Assembly: GCA_013286285.1 (NCBI GenBank)
Contig: JABDGA010000002.1
Location: 1,349 to 65,348, forward strand
Reading direction: 5' to 3'
DNA: 64,000 nt
Source: Alphaproteobacteria bacterium
GTDB lineage: Bacteria > Pseudomonadota > Alphaproteobacteria > Rickettsiales > JABCZZ01
Part shown: piece by piece, positions 23,727 through 31,216 of the stretch
How the letters are laid out: each line of letters starts with the position of its first letter
Numbering within the stretch: position 1 is the stretch's first letter
The notes under the pieces: model-generated
The model's database searches: none
Told to the model about the DNA's origin: nothing
What the model saw: the letters and a program-made list of their open reading frames with translations, nothing else
Position numbers and translations under genes: made by a program

Positions 23727-23840
23727 TGTCTATCCAGCATTTATTCTTTATGGTATTTGCATAATAGTGCGCATTTGATTGTAATCAAGTTAGTGTTGTC
23801 AAAGATAGTGTACGGCGCATGCAACTAAAGGAGGCAGCCT

Positions 23841-24410
23841 ATGTTATTTACCAAAGCCGCCATGACGGCTGATACGGGGACGCTGAGCATGCGTCTGGAA
23901 GAAGAACTGCGCAATCACAAAGCAAAGTATATTATTCAGGGGCTGATATTTGTCATCGCGGGGGTGCTGGCGGCTTCCATGCCCGCCGCTACGGCGCTGA
24001 ATGTGGAACTGCTGGTGGGAGCGATCCTGCTGCTTACCGGTATTTTACAGATGGCGCTGACCATACGTTCGCGCATGCACTGGTGGTCGGCATTATCTGC
24101 GTTCCTCTCGATTGGCATAGGAGTCCTGATGTTGTGGAAGCCATTTCCGGTACTGCTGGCTTTTGTAACACTGCTTGCCCTTTTCATGACGCTGGAGGGC
24201 ATATTCGAGCTGTTCCTTGCGTTCCAGTTCCGTCCATTGCGTAACTGGAACTGGATGCTATTTTCAGCCGTTATCACCCTGGTGCTTGCTGCGATACTCT
24301 GGATAGGGTTTCCGGCCTTTGATATATTGTATCTGGGATGGGTGATTGCGGCTAACCTTTTACTCTATGGATTGTCGCTGTTGATGCTGGTGTGGAGGGT
24401 AGGGGCCTGA
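23841..24410 (+). CDS. HdeD/DUF308-family membrane protein
   Basis: 189 aa with six hydrophobic helices and the repeating pattern typical of DUF308. Confidence 0.6.
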   Translation: MLFTKAAMTADTGTLSMRLEEELRNHKAKYIIQGLIFVIAGVLAASMPAATALNVELLVGAILLLTGILQMALTIRSRMHWWSALSAFLSIGIGVLMLWKPFPVLLAFVTLLALFMTLEGIFELFLAFQFRPLRNWNWMLFSAVITLVLAAILWIGFPAFDILYLGWVIAANLLLYGLSLLMLVWRVGA

Positions 24411-24440
24411 GGTGTGTGTAAAACGCCTGCGTTAGCCGTC

Positions 24441-24464
24441 ATACCGCGGCAAAGACCGCGGTAT
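24441..24464. repeat. Single-hairpin member of the intergenic hairpin-repeat family (may also act as a terminator)
   Basis: gtcATACCGCGGcaaagaCCGCGGTATct. It has the same 'gtcat-stem-loop-stem-atct' frame as hairpin 1 of the elements at 28297 and 47013. Confidence 0.5.
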
Positions 24465-24947
24465 CTATTCGTCATTCTGGTAGTGGCCTTTTTCCGGCTG
24501 GGGCTGCCATTTGTGGGACTTGGCGCGCGCATCGTCAATCTCGCTCTGTGTCATGCTCCAGGCTTCATCATTACGCAGGCTGAATGCCTCGCTGCTGCCG
24601 TTTTTGGTGGCCAGATCGAACCACATATAGGACAGCACCTTGTCCATCTGCATGCCGTTGCCGCCGCGATACACAAACCCCATGGCGATCTGCCCATCCA
24701 CATATCCCTGCATGGCGGAGCGATAGTACCATTTGGCGGCTTCTTTTTCGCTTTGCACGACGCCTTCGCCTTTTAAATATGCTTCCCCCAGATCATACTG
24801 GGCTTCGGGATCGCCCTTGTCCGCCTGGACGCGCAGCCGGGCAATATCGGCGCTATCCAGATTCCCGTCACTGTCATATGCAAATGCACCTGCAGGACAT
24901 AAAGAATACAGAATCACTAATAAAAGGGTGGCGATAATAAACCTCAT
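24465..24947 (-). CDS. Secreted Sel1-repeat protein (copy 1)
   Basis: Sel1/TPR-like repeats 'AQYDLGEAYLKGEGVVQSEKEAAKWYYRSAMQG'. Signal peptide from the Met at 24947, whose ATGA overlaps the upstream paralogue's stop. The longer track ORF starts at 24989. Confidence 0.8.
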   Translation of the reverse strand: MRFIIATLLLVILYSLCPAGAFAYDSDGNLDSADIARLRVQADKGDPEAQYDLGEAYLKGEGVVQSEKEAAKWYYRSAMQGYVDGQIAMGFVYRGGNGMQMDKVLSYMWFDLATKNGSSEAFSLRNDEAWSMTQSEIDDARAKSHKWQPQPEKGHYQNDE

Positions 24948-25435
24948 TCGGACTCTCCGTATTGTTTGGGGGGCGGTTGTGGTTTCCATTCATCGGATTT
25001 CTTACGGGCTTCTTCTATTTCATGCAGTGTCATGGACCATGCAAGCTCATTGCGCATCCACAAGGCACGATCATCGCCGTTTTTTGTCGCAAGATCAAGC
25101 CACATGTAGGACTGCACCTTATCCATGGGAATCCCGCCGCCGCCGCGATAGACGAATCCCATGGCAATCTGCGCATCCGGATAATCCTGCATGGCGGAGC
25201 GGTAGTACCACTTGGCGGCTTCTTTTTCGCTTTGCACGACGCCTTCACCCTTTAAATACGCTTCTGCGAGATCATACTGCGCCTCAGGGTCTCCCTTTTC
25301 CGCCTGGATACGCAGGTTGGCGATATAGTCTGGTTTGGTGAATTCAGTATCATAGGCATCATAAGCAAAAGAAAGTACCGGGAATGCCTGCATAGCGATG
25401 GACAGTGCAGCAAAATAAATGCAAAATCTTTTCAT
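24944..25435 (-). CDS. Secreted Sel1-repeat protein (copy 2, tandem paralogue)
   Basis: 163 aa with a signal peptide 'MKRFCIYFAALSIAMQAFPVLSFA'. The core is nearly identical to copy 1. Confidence 0.8.
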   Translation of the reverse strand: MKRFCIYFAALSIAMQAFPVLSFAYDAYDTEFTKPDYIANLRIQAEKGDPEAQYDLAEAYLKGEGVVQSEKEAAKWYYRSAMQDYPDAQIAMGFVYRGGGGIPMDKVQSYMWLDLATKNGDDRALWMRNELAWSMTLHEIEEARKKSDEWKPQPPPKQYGESE

Positions 25436-25500
25436 ATAATAAATTATATGGTGTTTATAAATAATGTAAATATGATAGAATCATCATAGCTGGAGAGCAT

Positions 25501-26463
25501 GTGCAGTTTGTTGCATTATTACTTATACTGATAAGTTTTCCTGCCTTTGCCGAACAGCAAGGCTTTGATGACTGGCTTGCCGATCTGAAGCGCGAGGCGC
25601 TTTCCCGCGGTATTGATGCAGAAGTGGTGGATGATGCCTTTGATAAGGTGGATGAGCCATCTGGCGATATAGTGGCGCTGGATCATAAACAGCCGGAACA
25701 TACCCAGACATTTACGGAATATTCAGAAGGCGTTTTGACTGCAAGGCGGATAAAGGCGGCTAAGGAAGCCTATTATAAGCACAGGAAAATATTAAAAAGA
25801 GTTGAAGCAAAATATCATGTGCCCGCGCCTATATTAATTGCCCTCTGGTCTGTAGAGAGCAATTTAGGGGAACATCAGGGGGATTATTCGGTTATAGAAT
25901 CACTGGCAACCCTGGCGTATGATGGTAGGCGTAGCCAGTTTTTCCGTGGGCAGTTATTTGACGCCCTCCGGATTCTACAGGACGAGGATATGAGCGCGGA
26001 TGAATTGACCGGATCCTGGGCGGGCGCAATGGGCCAGACACAGTTCATGCCCTCCAACTTTCTAAAATTTGCCGTGGATTTCGATGGCGAAGGCAAAAGG
26101 GATATCTGGAATAATGATGCCGACGCGCTTGCCTCCATTGCCAATTACCTGCACAGCAAAGGGTGGAACCATAAAGCAGGATGGGGAATGGCAGTCGCCC
26201 TGCCGGATTCTGAAGATGTGGAAGCCCTACGGCTGGAAAAAAGCGAGCATACGCTTAAGGAGTGGAATAAGCGTGGTTTCCGGCAGGTAAATGGCAAGCG
26301 CTTGCCCAGAACCGCTACGCGGGCGCATCTGGTCGTTCCGGACGATGCGGTATCCACGGCGTATCTTGCATTCCCCAATTACAATATTCTCATGGACTGG
26401 AACCATTCGATATACTTTGCCACTACTGTTGGCCTGCTTGCGGATGCGGTAGGGAAAAAATAA
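25501..26463 (+). CDS. mltB: Lytic murein transglycosylase (MltB/SLT_2 family)
   Basis: 320 aa with a signal peptide, 'ALWSVESNLG' and 'SWAGAMGQTQFMPS'. Confidence 0.85.
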   Translation: MQFVALLLILISFPAFAEQQGFDDWLADLKREALSRGIDAEVVDDAFDKVDEPSGDIVALDHKQPEHTQTFTEYSEGVLTARRIKAAKEAYYKHRKILKRVEAKYHVPAPILIALWSVESNLGEHQGDYSVIESLATLAYDGRRSQFFRGQLFDALRILQDEDMSADELTGSWAGAMGQTQFMPSNFLKFAVDFDGEGKRDIWNNDADALASIANYLHSKGWNHKAGWGMAVALPDSEDVEALRLEKSEHTLKEWNKRGFRQVNGKRLPRTATRAHLVVPDDAVSTAYLAFPNYNILMDWNHSIYFATTVGLLADAVGKK

Positions 26464-26465
26464 CG

Positions 26466-27464
26466 ATGCAACATGGAAAGTCCTATATCTGTGTATCCTT
26501 GCTGCTTCTTTTATTTCTTTCCGCCTGCGGAACTTCATCTCCTCCCTATCAGGGCATTAAAATCGGGAAGCCATATGTGGTAGCCGGGCATGTATATGTG
26601 CCAAGATACACTCCTGATTATGATGAGACCGGTATTGCCTCTTGGTACGGGCCGGGATTCCATGGTGGGCATACGGCAAGCGGTGAGCGCTATGATCAGA
26701 ACGACATTACCGCGGCGCACAGGACATTGCCGTTGCCTTCGCTGGTGCGTGTAACTAACCTTGATAATGGCAGGAGCGCGATTATCCGCATTAATGACCG
26801 CGGCCCGTTCGCCCACGGCAGGATTATTGACCTTTCACGCGGAGCGGCGGAAAAGCTTGGGGTATTGCGAACCGGCACGGCGAAAGTCCGGGTGCAGTTC
26901 CTCGATAAGGAAACCCGTGAATATGTCAGCAACCTGCCCAATGGCGCCGCATCGCTTGCTGCGCTCGATCGTTACCGCGAGTTGCAGGCGACAAAGCCTG
27001 AGGTGACAGAGCAGGCTGCGCCTGAGATATTCCCGCCTACACAATTGGGTGATGTCGAGCCGTTGCCTTTTGTTGCCCCCCAGCCTGTGCTGGAGGGAAA
27101 TGATCATGTAAACAGCGAGTATTACAGTGCGCCTTCGCCAGTTGCGGCTAATCCGCAGGTGGCAGTGGAAACTGCAAATATGAAGATACAGCCTGCGCTT
27201 CGTCCGATGGAAATCTCGCAACAATCTGTGAAGCGGAACGGGTATTATGTGCAGGTAGGCACATTCGGCGTAAAGGATAATGCCTACCGGCTGGCGAAAC
27301 AAATGCTGGAGGTGAGCAATGCCCAGGTCGTGGAGAACAGAATCAAGACGAGGATGTTCTATTGCGTGCTGGCCGGTCCTTATAATTCGCGTACCGATGC
27401 CGACACTATTATTAGCAGGCTTGCTGGGATGGGAATTCGGGATGCGAAGGTAATGAAATTGTAG
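26466..27464 (+). CDS. rlpA: Septal ring lytic transglycosylase RlpA (DPBB plus C-terminal SPOR domain)
   Basis: 332 aa with lipobox 'LSACG', 'GIASWYGPGFHGGHTASGERYD' and 'IRINDRGPF'. The C-terminal 'YYVQVGTF...' is SPOR-like. Confidence 0.9.
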   Translation: MQHGKSYICVSLLLLLFLSACGTSSPPYQGIKIGKPYVVAGHVYVPRYTPDYDETGIASWYGPGFHGGHTASGERYDQNDITAAHRTLPLPSLVRVTNLDNGRSAIIRINDRGPFAHGRIIDLSRGAAEKLGVLRTGTAKVRVQFLDKETREYVSNLPNGAASLAALDRYRELQATKPEVTEQAAPEIFPPTQLGDVEPLPFVAPQPVLEGNDHVNSEYYSAPSPVAANPQVAVETANMKIQPALRPMEISQQSVKRNGYYVQVGTFGVKDNAYRLAKQMLEVSNAQVVENRIKTRMFYCVLAGPYNSRTDADTIISRLAGMGIRDAKVMKL

Positions 27465-27484
27465 CCTAAAATAATGGAGAGTCT

Positions 27485-28222
27485 ATGCCCACTTTTTTAA
27501 TTGCGTTTCTTATTACCATTGGAACGGCGGCGTTATGTGATATTATTCTCTCATTGCTTGCCGTCCCGAAAGAAATTGCTATCGCCATGTCTGGGTCCAT
27601 TTTTGGATCCTTGCCTTTTCTGAAAGAGGCGATGGATAGGTGGCAGGAGAAAAGAACCAAGGCAGGTTCTCCCATTCTTTCCTATGAGGGCTATGGCATT
27701 TCGTTCTGGCGCACGCTCGTGTACGCGTATGCTTTATTTTTTTCCAGTATGGAGTTGGTAGGTGTGGCAGGGGGAATATCGGCTGCGATTGATTCCGAAG
27801 CATCTTTTGGGAATTTTATGGAACATGCAGCGCTCATGACTATTGTAATTGCATACCCGCTGACATTTTTAATTGCGCGCTGGATGGGTAGAAGAAATAT
27901 ATCCCATGGCGCGTGGGCTACCCTTATAGCAGTACTGCTTGCTTTCCTTACGGATACTATGTTGCCGTACTTATTGGGAGATTCAGGCTTCTCGCATGCT
28001 TGGGAAGCATTGGTAGGGAACACAAGAATGGAGTTTATAAAGTTCCGGTTACTGGGAGCCATACCCTTTGTTATTATTGCATGGATAGGCTTTTTTTGGG
28101 GGCGGAGGCAGCAATTATCTGGGTACATATCCTACCTGTTCCGGCAAGTATCACCGGAAGCGCGTGCTACGATAGTGGATCTTGTATATCAAGAAGCAAA
28201 GCTGCGGGTGAGCGTATCTTAA
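27485..28222 (+). CDS. Hypothetical polytopic membrane protein
   Basis: 245 aa with about 6 hydrophobic helices and no recognisable motif. More AT-rich than its neighbours. Confidence 0.5.
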   Translation: MPTFLIAFLITIGTAALCDIILSLLAVPKEIAIAMSGSIFGSLPFLKEAMDRWQEKRTKAGSPILSYEGYGISFWRTLVYAYALFFSSMELVGVAGGISAAIDSEASFGNFMEHAALMTIVIAYPLTFLIARWMGRRNISHGAWATLIAVLLAFLTDTMLPYLLGDSGFSHAWEALVGNTRMEFIKFRLLGAIPFVIIAWIGFFWGRRQQLSGYISYLFRQVSPEARATIVDLVYQEAKLRVSVS

Positions 28223-28234
28223 TATAGTAAGATA

Positions 28235-28254
28235 CCATGGGGCTTGCCCCATGG
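28235..28254 (+). terminator. Hairpin after the membrane-protein gene
   Basis: ccatgggg-cttg-ccccatgg, an 8-bp stem 13 nt after the stop. Confidence 0.5.
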
Positions 28255-28296
28255 AGGTTCACGTCTTTCTAAATTCCCCTATTACTCACTTGCCCA

Positions 28297-28383
28297 AATT
28301 CCAATACATATCCGTTATTCCGGCGAAAGCCGGAATCTCAGGCTTCCTCCATGAGATACCGCTGTCAAGCAGCGGTATGACGG
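28297..28383. repeat. Multi-hairpin intergenic repeat element, copy 1
   Basis: aattccaatacat...ATTCCGGCgaaaGCCGGAATctca..catgagATACCGCTGtcaagCAGCGGTATgacgg. It shares flanks and loops with copy 2 (47013-47095) while the stems differ by compensatory changes. Confidence 0.75.
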
Positions 28384-28518
28384 TGTCTTTTTATTTAGAA
28401 GAATGAGTATAGTTTGCTCCGCCAAATCGGGAAATGGCGAAACAAGGCTCATATTTAGAATAATTGAATTGCAATTCCCACGCTTGTTCCCTGCGGTTCA
28501 GAAGAAAAAAGGATGCCG

Positions 28519-28764
28519 TTACTGTGCTTCCAGTTCGAAGCGGTAATTTTCAATAACCGTATTGGCCAGCAGCTTTTTGCACATGGCGTCAATGGCATCA
28601 TGGGCTTTCTGCGGATTCTTTTCCTTTAATTCCACTTCGATATACTTGCCCTGGCGCACGTTTTCGACACCGTCAAAACCGAGATGGCCTAGCGCACTGG
28701 AAATCGCTTTTCCTTGTGGATCGAGCACGCCATTTTTTAACGTAATGTGGATTTTGGCTTTCAT
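28519..28764 (-). CDS. purS: Phosphoribosylformylglycinamidine synthase subunit PurS
   Basis: 81 aa with 'ITLKNGVLDPQGKAI'. Confidence 0.9.
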   Translation of the reverse strand: MKAKIHITLKNGVLDPQGKAISSALGHLGFDGVENVRQGKYIEVELKEKNPQKAHDAIDAMCKKLLANTVIENYRFELEAQ

Positions 28765-28838
28765 AATTTTTGGGGGAGGAGGGAATAGGGAATAGAAAAA
28801 GGGTAAGTTTTAAAATTTATTCCCTAGTCCCTCACCCC

Positions 28839-29618
28839 CTATTTCCCTTTCTTCCTTGTCTTCGCTATTTTTTTGACTTCTTCCTTCACTTCATTGCCGG
28901 GGAGCACACCAAGCCGGTGGGCGACTTCGCGGTAGGCTTCTTCCACTTTGCCCAAATCGCGGCGGAAGCGGTCCTTGTCCATTTTTTCGCCGGTTTTTAT
29001 GTCCCACAGGCGGCAGCAGTCCGGGCTGATTTCGTCCGCGAGTATGATCTGCACCGTATTGCCTTCATAGAAACGGCCAAATTCGATTTTAAAATCGACG
29101 AGCTTGATCCCGACGCCCAGGAAAAGGCCACTCAGGAAGTCATTGATACGCAGCGCCATGGAGGTAATATCTTCCAATTCATTCGGCTGCGCCCACTGGA
29201 AGGCGATGACAATCTCCGGTGCGACAATAGGATCGCCCAGTTTATCGTTTTTGAGGCAGAATTCGATGATGGGGTAGGGGAGCTGCGCGCCTTCCTCTAC
29301 GCCGAAGCGGGTAGAAAAGCTACCTGCCGCCACGTTGCGGACGATCACTTCCAGCGGGACAATCTCCACTGCTTTAACCAGCTGTTCGCGCATATTGAGC
29401 GTGCGGATGAAATGCGTCGGGATGCCAATCTCCTGAAGGCGTAGCATGATATATTCGGAAATACGGTTATTAATAACCCCTTTCCCGTTGATTACTCCCT
29501 TCTTGGCATTATTGAATGCGGTGGCGTCATCCTTAAAATGCTGGATGAGCGTACCCGGCTCTGGCCCTTCAAAAAGCTGCTTGGCTTTGCCTTCGTAAAT
29601 CGGTGTTCTGCGGTTCAT
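28839..29618 (-). CDS. purC: SAICAR synthase
   Basis: '[12 protein letters not shown]' starts 6 aa after the Met at 29618. The track ORF's extra 126 N-terminal aa are AT-rich junk that overlap the divergent zeta gene. Confidence 0.9.
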   Translation of the reverse strand: MNRRTPIYEGKAKQLFEGPEPGTLIQHFKDDATAFNNAKKGVINGKGVINNRISEYIMLRLQEIGIPTHFIRTLNMREQLVKAVEIVPLEVIVRNVAAGSFSTRFGVEEGAQLPYPIIEFCLKNDKLGDPIVAPEIVIAFQWAQPNELEDITSMALRINDFLSGLFLGVGIKLVDFKIEFGRFYEGNTVQIILADEISPDCCRLWDIKTGEKMDKDRFRRDLGKVEEAYREVAHRLGVLPGNEVKEEVKKIAKTRKKGK

Positions 29619-29696
29619 GGTTCTACTTGCGATTCGTTTGGATGGCATGTAAAGGTCTTTCATAATATTGGCAACTGAAAAAGAAGGAAGAAAAAT

Positions 29697-30017
29697 ATGA
29701 CCGCCTTTGATAATAAGGAAAAAGCCGAAGAAAACAAGTATGCGCATGACAAGGAGTTGGAATTCCGGATTTATGCCAAATATCATGGGCTTCTGGCTGC
29801 TTGGGTTGCCAAAAAAGCTGGATTGGACACGGAACGTGCTGAGAAATATAAAAATACTCTGATAACGGGCGGATTGGGAAAGAACGATCCAGAGGCGCTG
29901 CTTCATAAGATAAAGCAGGATCTGGAGGCAAAAAACGTGCATCTGAGTGAACACCAGATACGTGAGGAAATGCACCATAGCATGCAGGCGGCCCAAAAGC
30001 AGGTGAAGGGTTCATGA
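29697..30017 (+). CDS. DUF1476 protein (homologue of the alphaproteobacterial F1Fo-ATPase inhibitor zeta subunit)
   Basis: 106 aa. '[21 protein letters not shown]...EHQIREEM' matches my recall of the DUF1476/zeta pattern. The purC-adjacent position is typical of Alphaproteobacteria. Confidence 0.7.
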   Translation: MTAFDNKEKAEENKYAHDKELEFRIYAKYHGLLAAWVAKKAGLDTERAEKYKNTLITGGLGKNDPEALLHKIKQDLEAKNVHLSEHQIREEMHHSMQAAQKQVKGS

Positions 30018-30061
30018 TTTTGTAATAATCCTGTGGTATTATACGCTTAAAAGGAATAACT

Positions 30062-30328
30062 ATGAAAAAGTTTACTATTCCCTGCGATTTCAGCGGTCAG
30101 AAGGCTCCATTTAATATTTATGTAGGCGAACCGGATCCCAATAAGCATCCACTGCAGAACCAGGCGCACTGGCTGGCCACCGAGCGCGGCGGCACCATTC
30201 CGCCGGAAGTCATGGATAGCTTCCAGAAGCTGCACGATATTTCCAAGGAGAACGGCGTTTCCTTCGAAGAGCTTTGCGTCTATGCGCTGGGTACCGCTTC
30301 CGGCAGCGGTGGTACAAAGGCGGCTTAA
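30062..30328 (+). CDS. Conserved-looking small hypothetical protein (88 aa)
   Basis: Good SD (aaaaggaat). 'FTIPCDFSGQKAPFNIYVGEP...HPLQNQAHWLATERGGTIPPEVM' looks like a small family seen in intracellular Proteobacteria, but that recall is uncertain. Confidence 0.5.
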   Translation: MKKFTIPCDFSGQKAPFNIYVGEPDPNKHPLQNQAHWLATERGGTIPPEVMDSFQKLHDISKENGVSFEELCVYALGTASGSGGTKAA

Positions 30329-30331
30329 GAT

Positions 30332-31201
30332 ATGGGAATTACCATTACGCATATTGCTGATGAACTGGAACAGCTTGTCCGGCATTTTAACTCACTGGAT
30401 TCGTTAAGCCAGGCAAGCAAGGAAGAGGCGGTTGGGCATGCCCGTGATATTCTGGAGAGGCTGCGTTTTAAAAAAGATGACGAAGAGAGTGACGAACAGT
30501 TGCTGGATAAGGATGAGGCTAATCGTAAAATAGCCGAAGATTTGCTGGAGGTTGCCAAGGCCTTTTTTGGGCTTGTAAAATGGGCGATAAGGAACGATCC
30601 GGAAAAGGCAATAGAGAAGCAAATTTCCCCGGTGTTTGAGAAAACGCATGATGCGCTGGGAAAAGCGACCTATAAGGTGCGTATTGAGGTAATAAACCAA
30701 CTTATAAAACAGGGAAAAGCAGCAGAAGCCGCGTTCATGCGGGCGCAGCTTGAAGTACGGACACCGGAAAAATTTAAAGCACATTCTTTACCGTTATCTC
30801 AGTTGCTTGAAGTGATGGAGGAAGGGCTTACCCAGGCGGAGTTGATCGAAAAACGCATTGCTGCTGGGTTGCAGGCGCAGCAATGGCAGAATCTTCCACC
30901 CCCGCCTCTTGCGCCGAAAAAGAGCGAGCTTAAGGATAAGCTGGATATAAAGGATAAGATAAAGGCGGCGCTGTTTAGCGAGCATCATACGGTGCTGGTG
31001 TCGCAGGTATCGAGCGTGAGTGAAGCGGCCCTGATTCCGGCAGCGCAGCAAATCAATGATCTGCCCGATCCGCTGATACATCATGGCGTGAGCTATAAGG
31101 TGGCAGCGGTAAGCAAGGAAGAGTTAGTGCATCCGGCTAAACAAGTGAACGAAGAATCCGAAAAGCAACAGGATTCGGCAAGAAGCCTATTGAATAAATA
31201 G
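30332..31201 (+). CDS. Hypothetical helical, charged 289-aa protein
   Basis: Starts 4 nt after the previous stop. Rich in E/K/Q/A with a 'PPPPLAP' linker and no recognisable motif. Confidence 0.5.
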   Translation: MGITITHIADELEQLVRHFNSLDSLSQASKEEAVGHARDILERLRFKKDDEESDEQLLDKDEANRKIAEDLLEVAKAFFGLVKWAIRNDPEKAIEKQISPVFEKTHDALGKATYKVRIEVINQLIKQGKAAEAAFMRAQLEVRTPEKFKAHSLPLSQLLEVMEEGLTQAELIEKRIAAGLQAQQWQNLPPPPLAPKKSELKDKLDIKDKIKAALFSEHHTVLVSQVSSVSEAALIPAAQQINDLPDPLIHHGVSYKVAAVSKEELVHPAKQVNEESEKQQDSARSLLNK

Positions 31202-31216
31202 CTGTTTTCACTTAGC

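Noticed and set aside
29619-29996. N-terminal 126-aa extension of the purC ORF, and the antisense ORF 28770-29444.
   Set aside because: The PurC homology starts at '[13 protein letters not shown]' (Met at 29618). The extension is hydrophobic AT-rich read-through that overlaps the divergent zeta-like gene.
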